From: Patescibacteria group bacterium
GTDB taxonomy: Bacteria > Patescibacteriota > Minisyncoccia > JAHISW01 > Tagabacteraceae
Length of the DNA stretch: 64,000 nt
Assembly: GCA_018819015.1 (NCBI GenBank)
Contig: JAHJQY010000016.1
Span: 18,064 to 82,063, forward strand
Direction of reading: 5' to 3'
Shown here: positions 37,499-47,470 of the stretch, piece after piece
Position numbering within the stretch: the stretch's first letter is position 1
Layout of the letters: every line of letters begins with the position of its first letter
Program-made: the position numbers and the translations under genes
The notes under the pieces: generated by a model
Told to the model about the DNA's origin: nothing
Databases searched by the model: none
The model's input: the letters and a program-made list of their open reading frames with translations, nothing else

Positions 37499-39293
37499 CG
37501 GAATCTAATTTTTGTTTAGCCCTTTTAATGGCTATTAGTTGGGCCGGGTCAGAGGTGATAATTTGGTCTTCGGTATAAGAGGCGATTATTTTTATGGCCA
37601 CATGTTTTAAGCCGGCAAAAAACATTCCTTCTCCCACATCGGATTCCAGCAGCAAGAATTTTTCCTCGTCTGTCAGTTTGAATATATTTTGCAGAACATC
37701 AATGGCGGCTGGGGATTGTTTTAGGAGTATTTGTATCGCTGAGTTTGTTATGATGGGGCTTCCGTAGGGCGATGACAAAAAATCTCCGACATCCTGGGTA
37801 ATTGTAGCCAGCCCTAGATAATATTTTCTGCACCTTTTGGCTATGTGCGTTAAGAACGACGCGCCGTCGGGCGATTTCATCATCCACCATGCTTCATCAA
37901 TTACCAGCAGCCGTTTTTTGAGCTCCCGTCTTACGGCATTCCAAACAAATTGGATGATAAGGTACATGGCCACCGGCCTTAATTCGTCCTCCATATCGCG
38001 CACGGAAAAGGTTATGAGTTTTTGGTCTATGGCCACATTTGTCGGCTGGTTTATGAATCCGGCCCAAGTGCCTTGAGTGTATTTTTTAAGTTTTGTAGCC
38101 ATAGTCTCGCCTCCTTCCAGGCTGGCTAAAACCAATTCCAGGTCGGAAAGCACCGGCGGCACTTTGTTTGAGAAATCGGAATCCGGCGTAATATCTCTGG
38201 CGGCGTAGGTTTCCGTTATGGCTCTGTCCAGCACCGAGTCTTCTTCCGGTGTCAGTCCGCCAAGCATTATTCTGAAAAGGCCTACCAGACTTATAATATG
38301 CGATCTTAAAATATCCGATGGCGCTTCGTCTTCTCTTGGCAGAGGCAAGTCAAAAGGGTTGATGTGGTGTTCCGAACTCAATGAGATATTAAAATAATCT
38401 CCGCCGACCGCTTGGGTCAAATATTTATATTCCATTTCCGGGTCAATAATAATAACACTGGTTCCGAACATCAGCGATCTCAGTATTTCAAGTTTTGTGG
38501 CGTAAGATTTTCCGGCGCCGGCCTTGGCAAATGTTACGGAGTTGTAATTTTCAAGAGAAAAGCGGTCAAACAAAACCAAGCTGTTGTTGTGCCTGTTGAT
38601 GCCGTAAAGAATGCCCTTGTTGGAGGTCAGGTCAAAAGAAACAAAAGGGAATAAACTTGAAAGGGGAGAAGAATTCATTTTGCAGTGCACTTCCAATTTG
38701 TCTGTTCCCAAAGGAAAAGATGTTTCAATGCCCTCTGTTTGCTGAAAGAGCGCCGGTTTGGCATAAATCAGTTTTGCTTCAAGCGCCGATCGAATTTCTT
38801 TTTCCAGTGAATTTAATTCTTCAAAATTGTCCGCATAAACCGTGATATATAAACCCAGATTGAAAAGCCGCTCCTGCGCTTGCTGTAATTTATCTCGCAA
38901 GTCTTCCAAGTCTTGATAAGCGGTATCCAGCATCGGGTCTCTGATGAGCCCTTTTTCTTCCCGTATGTGAATTTGCGATTGGACTTCGGCGACTTTTTTC
39001 TGCAGTTGTTTCAAAACACTGGAAGTGTCAACCGGATGGATGAAGATTGAAATATCAAAAACTTTATCCATGTTTATAATCGGGGAAAACCAATTGGCCG
39101 ACAAAAAGCGCGGATAGGAAAAAATGAAAATAGTTTTCGCTATTTTGTTGCCGATTCTTATATAATTGGGAGCAACCTGAAGCGCCGAAGGAGCTATGAT
39201 GTCTTTAAGTTCCAAAACCCCGGAGCTGTAAATTTCTCCCGGATGAACCGGCAGAATTTTTTCTTCTTCTTTGTTTTTGTTAAATAGTTGCAT
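37476..39293 (-). CDS. VirB4/TraC-like type IV secretion ATPase
   Basis: AKAGAGKS Walker A, IIIDPEMEY, INPFD, LVIDEAW Walker B, RKYYLG..ITQ; start placed at ATG 39293. Confidence 0.9.
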   Translation of the reverse strand: MQLFNKNKEEEKILPVHPGEIYSSGVLELKDIIAPSALQVAPNYIRIGNKIAKTIFIFSYPRFLSANWFSPIINMDKVFDISIFIHPVDTSSVLKQLQKKVAEVQSQIHIREEKGLIRDPMLDTAYQDLEDLRDKLQQAQERLFNLGLYITVYADNFEELNSLEKEIRSALEAKLIYAKPALFQQTEGIETSFPLGTDKLEVHCKMNSSPLSSLFPFVSFDLTSNKGILYGINRHNNSLVLFDRFSLENYNSVTFAKAGAGKSYATKLEILRSLMFGTSVIIIDPEMEYKYLTQAVGGDYFNISLSSEHHINPFDLPLPREDEAPSDILRSHIISLVGLFRIMLGGLTPEEDSVLDRAITETYAARDITPDSDFSNKVPPVLSDLELVLASLEGGETMATKLKKYTQGTWAGFINQPTNVAIDQKLITFSVRDMEDELRPVAMYLIIQFVWNAVRRELKKRLLVIDEAWWMMKSPDGASFLTHIAKRCRKYYLGLATITQDVGDFLSSPYGSPIITNSAIQILLKQSPAAIDVLQNIFKLTDEEKFLLLESDVGEGMFFAGLKHVAIKIIASYTEDQIITSDPAQLIAIKRAKQKLDSDGPSDNN

Positions 39294-39945
39294 ATTCTTG
39301 TTTTGGTATTGATGTTCTTTCTTCTTCCTCCGGGTTGTAGAGGCCGTAGAAAAGTTCAATTAATTCTTCTGTATTAAGAGGCACGGTTCTTATTCCCGCG
39401 CGCGCCAGTCCCTGCGTTACCGTGTCAGCGCGCTGCAATAGCTGGTTTTTTTCTTTTTCAAAATCATTTTGGCTTATGGCCGGCGTTTTTTTGCCGCTGC
39501 TTAATATTTTATCCAAAAAAGCGGAGAAAGGATTATTTTTTTTCTCAAAGATGGTTGAGGAGTAAGGGATCACAATATAAAATGTTTTGTTTACTATTTT
39601 AGTTGAGGCTACGAAGTCTCTGATAAAATCTATATATTCTTTGGTTTGGATTTTCAGCAGTTCGTCGGTTTGCTCCCGTTCTTTTTTTCTCAGCGCCTCA
39701 AGGTATGTTTCTATGTTTAGTCCTCTTGATTGGATGTAAAATTGCACATGAAAATCCAGAGAGTTTAAAAAGTTTTGGTATTGCGATATGGTTGCCTCCT
39801 GTTCGTCTGCCGATTTCAGGGCGAAGTTTAAGGAAGACGCCATTAAAATCATACGCATTGAGCCGTCTTTAAGTATAATCACGCCGTCTCTGATTTCTTT
39901 TATGGAAACAAATTCTTGTGATGGTGCGCTTTTTATATTTGCCAT
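39280..39945 (-). CDS. VirB4 N-terminal-like (TraC-like) accessory protein
   Basis: SSLNFALKSADEQ..FLNSLDF, LNTEELIELFY; between PrgI and VirB4-like genes. Confidence 0.65.
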   Translation of the reverse strand: MANIKSAPSQEFVSIKEIRDGVIILKDGSMRMILMASSLNFALKSADEQEATISQYQNFLNSLDFHVQFYIQSRGLNIETYLEALRKKEREQTDELLKIQTKEYIDFIRDFVASTKIVNKTFYIVIPYSSTIFEKKNNPFSAFLDKILSSGKKTPAISQNDFEKEKNQLLQRADTVTQGLARAGIRTVPLNTEELIELFYGLYNPEEEERTSIPKQEYATI

Positions 39946-39953
39946 ATTTATAT

Positions 39954-40367
39954 TTAATTTTTTTCTATTTCCTGTTTAATGTCTAAGCTCCATGCCAGGT
40001 CTCTAAGCTTGTTTTTGGTCAGGGCGGGTAATGGTGTTGGCGGGGTTTCTTTTTCTGACAAAATGCGCTGTATTTTTTGCGGTTCGGGTTCTCTTTTTTT
40101 CCAGGTATAAATTTTATTTTTCATCAAATAATTAAATCCATTTTCTGCGACATTGATGAGTGGTTTGTTGTGAATTTTGTAAAAAGCCAGCGCCACCGCC
40201 AGCGCCCCTACCAGCATTCCTAGTATAATAAAAAGAAAGAAGGGGAGGGAGATGTAAAGCAGGAAGATGGCGGCGCCTCCGCCAGCCAAATAAAGAAACT
40301 GGCTTAAGGTCAGCGGCCCGAAAATTTTGTCTTCAACTTCAATAAATTGTGGTACTTGAAATTTCAT
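39954..40367 (-). CDS. PrgI-family protein (VirB3-like)
   Basis: FQVPQFIEVEDKIFGPLTLSQF followed by two TMs. Confidence 0.85.
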   Translation of the reverse strand: MKFQVPQFIEVEDKIFGPLTLSQFLYLAGGGAAIFLLYISLPFFLFIILGMLVGALAVALAFYKIHNKPLINVAENGFNYLMKNKIYTWKKREPEPQKIQRILSEKETPPTPLPALTKNKLRDLAWSLDIKQEIEKN

Positions 40368-40372
40368 ATTGG

Positions 40373-40903
40373 CTAACTTAGCGGTTCTCGATAAGGATCA
40401 ATGTCTTTAGTATAGCTTGTAATTTCCGGTTTGGCGCGGAAAGTTTTGCTTCTTTGCTCAAAAATGTCTTTTTTATTTTTTTCCGCGATTGGTTCGTTGT
40501 TGGAAAAAGTTTTCAGGGGATTTATGACTGGCGGCATTTGCTGTTCCGGTTGCTCTTTTTCTTTTTCTTCTTTCTCGGTTTCTCCACTATGAATTTTTCT
40601 CAATGATTCCCTAATTTTGGAAAATATTTTTTCGTTTATTTCATGGGCCACTTTTCTGGCCAATTCTTTTTGGAGGTCCATTCGGTTGGCCAAATTGGAG
40701 ATGAATTCGGCTGGATGAGTGATGCCCAACATTAGCAGTCCGGTCTCGTCCGCCATGATGCCCAATTTTTCCGTGGTCAGATTATTTTCTTTGGCGATAC
40801 TTTGCAGAATTTCAGCCGTGTTCACGCCGAAATACGCTTCTTTCACATCCGGCGGAAGTTTTTGATAAAGTTCGTTTAATTTTTCTGATGTTAAATTTGC
40901 CAT
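40373..40903 (-). CDS. conserved hypothetical protein
   Basis: YQKLPPDVKEA N-terminus, DPYREP C-terminus; in operon. Confidence 0.7.
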   Translation of the reverse strand: MANLTSEKLNELYQKLPPDVKEAYFGVNTAEILQSIAKENNLTTEKLGIMADETGLLMLGITHPAEFISNLANRMDLQKELARKVAHEINEKIFSKIRESLRKIHSGETEKEEKEKEQPEQQMPPVINPLKTFSNNEPIAEKNKKDIFEQRSKTFRAKPEITSYTKDIDPYREPLS

Positions 40904-40909
40904 GAATTT

Positions 40910-42721
40910 TTATTTTCGTTTTGTTATTTTTTCCCATTCTTTTTCGGCATGTTCTCTTGTTCCTTCTTCTCCTCCCCGAGTTTTTTTTATATTTTGAGCG
41001 GCCGGGCCAATCGTCCAAGCCATAGCCGCTTTGTTGTTGGCCGCCTTAAGGTTTTCAGTCAGTTGATTAAAATCGTCAAATATTTTATCGGCATTTTTTC
41101 CGCCTTTTTCCGCAATCTCATTAAGCTCTTTCGGGCTTATCTTTTGATAGAGACTGGTTTTTTCTTCCGGAGTCAGTTTTTCCATTCTGTTTATGTAATC
41201 TTTTACTTCATATCCTCTATATTCTTTGCCGGTTTTCTCTTTTTCTTCTACTGAAAGAGTGTTCACTAAATTGTCATAAGTTGATCGGAAGGCAGGATTT
41301 TTCTCCAGCAGTTCAACTCGTTCTCTGGCAGACATTTTCTTAAACATTTCTTTTTGCGCTTGTTTGTCGGCTAGCGCTCCCTTGCCCAAACTGGTCAAAT
41401 AGGTGGCTCTTTCCGCCGCCGGTAGATTCATTCCTCTTTGAACATAGGTTTCTATTTGTTCTTTTCTGCCGCCAACTCCGGCCAATTGTTTCGCCTTGTC
41501 CATTGTCCATCCGCCCAAGAGAGGGCTAGCCGCGACAAACCTTTCCATTTTTGGGGAGCCGGCAATACCTTCTCCGGCTCTGGCAATAGTTCGTCTGGCG
41601 GCGAATCGTGGAATGGCCCCGGCATAACCCAGCATTTTATTTTTGGCTCCCGTGGCAAAAGATATGGCGCTGGTCGCTCCCGCCCCGCCCATTTTTTTCG
41701 CCACCGTTAAACAGCCGAGCATGAGTATTATAAGCGTAACAAATTGGATGGCCAGCGCGGCGGTATTAGAGTCCGGCTGTAATATGGCGGTGGCGTAGCT
41801 GGCATCGGTTGTTCCTAAAAGAGTTTGATAAGACCCTTCACTGATAATTTTGGCCACCAGATAAAAAAGGAAAAGAAAAGCCGGCGCGAAAAGCGCTTGG
41901 CTGAAAAGAGTGTCCCACCATTGGCTGGCGTAAGATTTTGTTTTTGGCAGAACCATAGCGATAAAAGCCAAAGGAGCTAGCAGTATTAAAAATTGCAGAG
42001 CTATGGACCGGACGAGAAATAGCAACCCGCCGGCAAAAAGCACAAAAGAAGTTATTAGTATCATGGCGCAGCCGAAAACGGAAATTATAATTATCTGCTG
42101 GTAGGTGGCCGTTGGCTGGCCCGCAACAACAAAACTGTCACCTTTTGGCTCAAAAATGGTTTGTATTTTTAACCCTTCTGCGAAAATTTCTGAAATGTTA
42201 CTTTTTCCGTTGACAGTCATACTTTGGTAAAATTCATTGGCAAGGATGTTTGTTGCGTTAATTACCGTTGTTGTTATTAGCATACTGAAATTTACCAAGA
42301 GCGCTACAATGACAACTGTTCTTAAAAGTTCTTTCATTCCATAACCGCTGATTTGCAGAATGGTGGCAATGCCGATATAGATTAGGATGAATATGAAAAA
42401 TAGGTTGGCCAAATCTCTGGTTATTGTCCAGCCGGTAGCCACTAGACCGCCGGTCTGGGTTAATTTGGCGTTGTTTATGGAGTATGTTATAGATGCGTCA
42501 AAAAGACCAGCCGCCACATACAAAACTTTAGAGCAGACTTCCATCATTACGTTTCCCAGATTACTTAGAAGTGATTTTACCATTCCGCCCGGGTTGGACA
42601 TAACATCGGCCGGGTTTTCCGCGCTATAATTATCTTCTCCATAACTCGTTTTTATTCCAATTGGCCCCAGGACTATCACCAGCGCTATAATTATTATTAA
42701 AATTTTTCTTTTATTGGACAT
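40910..42721 (-). CDS. VirB6/TrbL-like polytopic membrane protein
   Basis: GWTITRDLANLFF, ALLVNFS, LAPLAFIAMVLP..SQWW; basic helical C-terminal tail. Confidence 0.7.
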   Translation of the reverse strand: MSNKRKILIIIIALVIVLGPIGIKTSYGEDNYSAENPADVMSNPGGMVKSLLSNLGNVMMEVCSKVLYVAAGLFDASITYSINNAKLTQTGGLVATGWTITRDLANLFFIFILIYIGIATILQISGYGMKELLRTVVIVALLVNFSMLITTTVINATNILANEFYQSMTVNGKSNISEIFAEGLKIQTIFEPKGDSFVVAGQPTATYQQIIIISVFGCAMILITSFVLFAGGLLFLVRSIALQFLILLAPLAFIAMVLPKTKSYASQWWDTLFSQALFAPAFLFLFYLVAKIISEGSYQTLLGTTDASYATAILQPDSNTAALAIQFVTLIILMLGCLTVAKKMGGAGATSAISFATGAKNKMLGYAGAIPRFAARRTIARAGEGIAGSPKMERFVAASPLLGGWTMDKAKQLAGVGGRKEQIETYVQRGMNLPAAERATYLTSLGKGALADKQAQKEMFKKMSARERVELLEKNPAFRSTYDNLVNTLSVEEKEKTGKEYRGYEVKDYINRMEKLTPEEKTSLYQKISPKELNEIAEKGGKNADKIFDDFNQLTENLKAANNKAAMAWTIGPAAQNIKKTRGGEEGTREHAEKEWEKITKRK

Positions 42722-44639
42722 TGACCGTAATGGGTATTGAATTATAAAGTCCTTCGTCGTCCGTCACCCGCAAGTTGATTATTTTTGTTCCGCTGGTTGA
42801 ATATTGCACTTGTATTATTCCCGGTTTGGCATTTGGCGCGGCGCTGATTCCTTCAAAACCATTGCCTATCGGCGTTTCCGTTGTGTCTCTGCTTTGGCTT
42901 TCGTCAAAAGTTCCGTCTCGGTTCCAGTCGGCTATATACCAATCGTAAAGGCCGTCGTTGTCAAAATCCCATTCGTACATGGCGATTTTGGGTGTTTTGT
43001 CGTTGTCTTTGGAAAGAGAAGGGTCAAGAGTAAAAAATTGGTCTTGCATGGCCGAACTTGGGGCGGTTATTTTTGCCTCCGGCGTTATTAGGTCTAAAAT
43101 TTCAGGAAAGTCATAATTGGGAAAAGGAGGTATGACTCCGATTTCGTGGACAATTCCTTCCGGAGTTCCTTCCGTGCTTACTCCAAACCACTTGATTGGC
43201 AAAAATAAACTAGCCTCAATTTTTTTCATAAAGCGTTCAGAAGATGTGTTCGGAGCGGAGCCGTCGGTTGTGTAATAGATAGTCGCCGGAATATTTGAAA
43301 GTAGACTGATACTGCTGGGTCCGACAGCCACGGCGGCCGTGGACGGAGTTTTTTCAGTAGATAGAAAAGGCGGGAAAAGATTTATGGTATGCCATTTTTC
43401 TTTGTTTCCGCTCTGGTCTATGCCGAACCATTTTAAGGTGGCAGACGAAATTATCTCTATTGGTCCGGTGTATGGGATAGAGGATAGTCCGGGCTCTGTT
43501 CCATCAAGCGTGTAGTAAATAATAGCATCTTCATTGGCTGTGATTTTGATATGCCAGCCATCGGATGGAGAGGCGGTTGTGACCGGAGCTGAATCATCCA
43601 TAAGGCCGGAAGCGGATACTGCCGAAGTCGCCCCTGCGGAACTTGTATCAGACGCGGTTATGGCCATGACACCTTCTTGGACCAGTCGGTTTATCAGCGC
43701 GTCTGTAATGGCGACAACATAAGATTCCCATTCTTCGTTGCTTATCAGCCAATCAAGGTTTGTTTGGACTGATTTTGATGTGGCATCGGCAATTATTTTG
43801 CCAGGTGTTCTTGTTTGCCATTTTTCGCAAGTGCATTCAGGTGGTACCTCGTTCTCTTTGTATGAACCTGTTTGAAGAGATGTATTGTTAGTTCCTTCAA
43901 TACGGCAAGTCATTTGTTTGCAAACTTTATCATTTAAAAATCCAACACCGGATTCCGCTTCACTTTTAGCCGCCTCTTTGGCTTTTACTGCCGCGGCAAT
44001 TTGTTGATTTGAAGTTTTGATAAAAAGTCCGTACGGGTTGTTTTGTTCTTCGCTGGTTGCAATCCAGGCTTTCCAGCCGCCATTTTGGAAATTTCCCATA
44101 AAGTCGTCAAAATTCGCTCCTACTTCAGAAAGGGTGCACATTGCCGTGTTGGTGAATGTTTGGGGATTTCTTAGGCCTAGATTTATTCTTATTGCCCAGC
44201 CGGGCTGACAAAGCGCGGACATAACCTGGTCTCCGACTAATTGTTGAACTGCTTGACCGCCTGCTATTTCAGCCGTATCTCTTAAAAAACCTTTCCAGTC
44301 GGTGACAAATTTTGGCTTGCCCCCGCCCTGTATCCATTCTACGATTTGATTGACCATAGTATCTAAAAGCACTTTTCTGAATTTGGCCATAACTGCTTTC
44401 ATAAGACTGTTTTGTTTTATAAAGGCCCATTCAAATGCCTCGACGACATATTGTTGTCCGGCTATTGCGGCTTGTTTTACTTGGGTCGCTGCGTCTGATA
44501 ACCATTGGCCGATATCAACACTTAGGTCTGTCCTGATTGTTGGCCAGGCAGCGCGGCTTTTTTGAGGATAAAATAAACCTCCGACGCAGGACGCGCAGAT
44601 TGTAAAAATTAAAAATATAAACAAAATTTTATTCCGCAT
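42711..44639 (-). CDS. secreted protein with two chitobiase/FN3-associated Ig domains and a PKD domain
   Basis: signal peptide; IYYTLDGTEP and IYYTTDGSAP; YEWDFDNDG and LRVTDDEG. Confidence 0.7.
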   Translation of the reverse strand: MRNKILFIFLIFTICASCVGGLFYPQKSRAAWPTIRTDLSVDIGQWLSDAATQVKQAAIAGQQYVVEAFEWAFIKQNSLMKAVMAKFRKVLLDTMVNQIVEWIQGGGKPKFVTDWKGFLRDTAEIAGGQAVQQLVGDQVMSALCQPGWAIRINLGLRNPQTFTNTAMCTLSEVGANFDDFMGNFQNGGWKAWIATSEEQNNPYGLFIKTSNQQIAAAVKAKEAAKSEAESGVGFLNDKVCKQMTCRIEGTNNTSLQTGSYKENEVPPECTCEKWQTRTPGKIIADATSKSVQTNLDWLISNEEWESYVVAITDALINRLVQEGVMAITASDTSSAGATSAVSASGLMDDSAPVTTASPSDGWHIKITANEDAIIYYTLDGTEPGLSSIPYTGPIEIISSATLKWFGIDQSGNKEKWHTINLFPPFLSTEKTPSTAAVAVGPSSISLLSNIPATIYYTTDGSAPNTSSERFMKKIEASLFLPIKWFGVSTEGTPEGIVHEIGVIPPFPNYDFPEILDLITPEAKITAPSSAMQDQFFTLDPSLSKDNDKTPKIAMYEWDFDNDGLYDWYIADWNRDGTFDESQSRDTTETPIGNGFEGISAAPNAKPGIIQVQYSTSGTKIINLRVTDDEGLYNSIPITVNVQ

Positions 44640-45567
44640 ATGTCTGGGCTATTTTTAAAAAATTTTGTATTAATCCTGCCATTTCTTCTCTTATTTTTTG
44701 GTTTTCCTGAAGAGCCAAGACCGTTTTTAAGGGATCGCTGTTTACTTCTTTGACGCTTTCATAAACTTTTTTGGTCGCCATAAGCAATTCTGTTTCTCTT
44801 TTGTGGATTTGCAGAAAATCAGATGGTACGGCAATTTTTTTCATATTGGCAATGGCGATTTCAAAATAGTTTATAAATTCATCAACTTTTTTAAAATTTT
44901 CTGTTTCAATTGCCTCTGACAGAATTTCTTCTTCGCTCTTACCTTGGTAAGGGCTTTTCGGCATGGCTTTTTCTATTTCGCTGACGTATTTCTGCACGGC
45001 CGTGAAAGAATTATCACTACCGGTTTTTATTTCAGACAAAGCGATTTGCGGATTGAGGCCGGCAATAAAATTTAAAAGCGCTTGCCCGGTATTTTTATCA
45101 ACCATGCTTAATGGGTTTGAAAGGTCAACTTGTTCCAGTTGTGTCGGGTCTTGGATTTGTGAACTGATGATTTGGGCGAAGCTTTGTGTTAAGTTGACCG
45201 GTTGCTGTGATTTTTGATTGTCGGCTAAAAAATTATTTTCGTCTTTTTTACCGGTTTTCGGATTGGAGGTTGGGTCTGTTGGGCTGTATCCCAGTATTGT
45301 TTCTTCTTTGTCCGAGTATCCGTCTTTGTCGGTGTCTTTGTTGTTGGGGTCGGTTTTCCAGAGCGCTTCTTCCCAGTTTCTTAATCCGTCGTCGTCGTTG
45401 TCCAAGGTCGCGCTTTCAATCACATCAGGGGAGATGACTTGGTTGGCGATTTTTTCATAAATTGTTTTCGGTTCTTTGTTTTTAGCAAGCCAAAACCAGC
45501 CGGCTACAACAAAAAATGCCAGCAAAAGCAGGATTGCCAGAACAATCAAATATATTCTGTTTTTCAC
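44629..45567 (-). CDS. membrane-anchored protein with acidic Ca-binding (TSP3-like) repeats
   Basis: DNDDDGLRNWEE..TDPNNKDTDKDGYSDKEE; start placed at GTG 45567 (TATAAT 6 nt upstream). Confidence 0.7.
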   Translation of the reverse strand: MKNRIYLIVLAILLLLAFFVVAGWFWLAKNKEPKTIYEKIANQVISPDVIESATLDNDDDGLRNWEEALWKTDPNNKDTDKDGYSDKEETILGYSPTDPTSNPKTGKKDENNFLADNQKSQQPVNLTQSFAQIISSQIQDPTQLEQVDLSNPLSMVDKNTGQALLNFIAGLNPQIALSEIKTGSDNSFTAVQKYVSEIEKAMPKSPYQGKSEEEILSEAIETENFKKVDEFINYFEIAIANMKKIAVPSDFLQIHKRETELLMATKKVYESVKEVNSDPLKTVLALQENQKIREEMAGLIQNFLKIAQTYAE

Positions 45568-45619
45568 ATTTAAATTATAACACTTTTTTCGCTTTTCCAC
45601 CGCCCTTTTTCCGCCCCCA

Positions 45620-45628
45620 TGTGGATAA
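45620..45628 (-). promoter_or_regulatory. perfect DnaA box TTATCCACA
   Basis: TGTGGATAA on + strand in divergent intergenic region. Confidence 0.45.
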
Positions 45629-45629
45629 T

Positions 45630-45658
45630 CAATGTTCGAAGTTCAACTTCAATCATTG
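45630..45658. repeat. intergenic imperfect family A copy
   Basis: CAATGTTCGAAGTT-C-AACTTCAATCATTG. Confidence 0.85.
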
Positions 45659-45670
45659 GCGTGCGGGGGA

Positions 45671-45698
45671 TTGACAAGTTACTATTTTTGTGTATAAT
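45671..45698 (+). promoter_or_regulatory. sigma70-type promoter TTGACA-N16-TATAAT
   Basis: TTGACA agttactatttttgtg TATAAT. Confidence 0.7.
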
Positions 45699-45791
45699 TA
45701 TAGTTAGAAAATAACTAGAGTTTTTTTGACAATATTAATAATTTTGATGGCCCTAATCCCACCTACGGTGGGACGGGCGAGGAGGTTTGAG

Positions 45792-46391
45792 ATGATAAAA
45801 AAAATTTCGGAAAGTTTAATTAAAGATTTTATTTGGTTTTGTTTTCTTTTTTTGGCCCTGCTTTTTGCGCTTGTAATGAGTGGCTGCGCCACCGGGCCGC
45901 TGAACCAGAAGGAGATGTCGCCGGTTTTAAGTTCGCTGGACGGCAACCCGCGAGAGGGCCTGATTATTTTGGAAGGCGAGCCGGCCGCAAGCATTGAGTT
46001 TCGCGACCAAGCCGGCTGCTTGGTGGCTCCTCAATGGAACGAGGCCGGAGCCAGTCCGCTCGCGCCGACCTATAATGGCCAACGCCGGCCGCGGTTGTAT
46101 GCCTATTCCGCGCTGGAATTTGGCTCGTACACAGTTAAGATCCGGCCGTTTTACTACACTGCTAATCTTTTTTTAAAAAGGCAGTTGGTGGAGTTGCCGG
46201 TTCAAACTTCGTCGGTTTATATTGACCGGCGGACTGACGATTATGACGGCCAGTACACCGGCCGGCACTGGGGTTGGATTTTGCGGATAAACACCGGCAA
46301 TATTCCCCGGGGACATTTTTCCGGGCCAAAAATTAATATTTCGGGTACCGGATTGCCGGGGTTGGTATTGAATAGACTTTTCGGGAGGTAA
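45792..46391 (+). CDS. putative lipoprotein
   Basis: GGAGG RBS, hydrophobic signal ending MSGC lipobox. Confidence 0.7.
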   Translation: MIKKISESLIKDFIWFCFLFLALLFALVMSGCATGPLNQKEMSPVLSSLDGNPREGLIILEGEPAASIEFRDQAGCLVAPQWNEAGASPLAPTYNGQRRPRLYAYSALEFGSYTVKIRPFYYTANLFLKRQLVELPVQTSSVYIDRRTDDYDGQYTGRHWGWILRINTGNIPRGHFSGPKINISGTGLPGLVLNRLFGR

Positions 46392-46482
46392 TTTAAGAGG
46401 CGTTGAGTTTTGAAAAATAAACTTGACGCCTTTTATCATTTTGGGGGAATTTGGTATAATTTGGTATAATAAAGATAATAAT

Positions 46483-47460
46483 ATGAAAGAATTTTTTACA
46501 AAAATTTTTGAAACTTTTAATTTTAAGAAGTACTGTGAAGAATACAGGGTCGGCTTATGGGAATGCCCGCCGTTTCTTTTTCTTATAATGGGTTTGTTTA
46601 TAATTTTTTCCATCCTGGCGACTTATTTTGTCAGTAGAGTTTATGTTGACCCGATGATAGTGGCACTGATTGTTATTGGCGTGACATCGGTTCTTTTTAT
46701 TCTTAGTTACGTGATTATTGGTTCTTTTGAGCGAGTGGCGTCAGTATCAAAAGAAAAATCGGAATTTATCAGTATCATGTCGCATCAATTAAGAACTCCG
46801 TTGTCGTCAATCAAGTGGCAGCTGGATTTGTTGCTGCGTAAAGGAATTGGCCTTAGTGGTGAAGCCGGCCAAAAAGCCCTTTCGGCTATTGATGAACAGA
46901 ACGAAAGAATGATCCGGTCTATCAATGACATGCTCGAAGTCAGCCGCTTGGAGGATACGGTTTTTATTTTTGATACGTCAGTTTTTTCACTAGTCGGTTT
47001 GGTTAAAGAGATTATTAAGAAGAGCGAAAATCAAGCTAAATTGATGGGCTTGGAGATAATTTTTACTCCGCCGGCTGAAGATATAGAAATTAAGGCTGAC
47101 AAGATGCGGCTCGGCGTCGTTATTTTTCATTTTTTGGAGAATTCTATTAAGTATAGCCGTAGCGGAGGGAAAATAAGTATTTTTCTTGAAAATTTGCCGG
47201 ACAAAATTCGCTTTTCGGTCAGTGATGAGGGGATAGGTATTTCTAAACAGGATTTGGATAAAATTTTTAAAAAGTTTTATCGCGGAAGCGAGTCTAGAAA
47301 GTACAAAAGTGATGGATTGGGCGTCGGCCTTTATGTGGCAAAGTCTATTATTGACTCTTTGGGCGGGCAAATAGATTTTTCCAGCATAGAAGGCAAGGGG
47401 TCTACTTTCTGGTTTACCCTGCCTGCCGGACAGGCAGGTTTGCCATTAAACAATAAATAA
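46483..47460 (+). CDS. membrane sensor histidine kinase
   Basis: two TMs, SHQLRTPL, ENSIKYS, DEGIGI, GLGVGLY. Confidence 0.93.
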   Translation: MKEFFTKIFETFNFKKYCEEYRVGLWECPPFLFLIMGLFIIFSILATYFVSRVYVDPMIVALIVIGVTSVLFILSYVIIGSFERVASVSKEKSEFISIMSHQLRTPLSSIKWQLDLLLRKGIGLSGEAGQKALSAIDEQNERMIRSINDMLEVSRLEDTVFIFDTSVFSLVGLVKEIIKKSENQAKLMGLEIIFTPPAEDIEIKADKMRLGVVIFHFLENSIKYSRSGGKISIFLENLPDKIRFSVSDEGIGISKQDLDKIFKKFYRGSESRKYKSDGLGVGLYVAKSIIDSLGGQIDFSSIEGKGSTFWFTLPAGQAGLPLNNK

Positions 47461-47470
47461 AATAAACAAT

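Noticed and set aside
34509-45567. Integrative conjugative element or prophage
   Set aside because: No integrase, relaxase, att repeats or phage structural genes visible.
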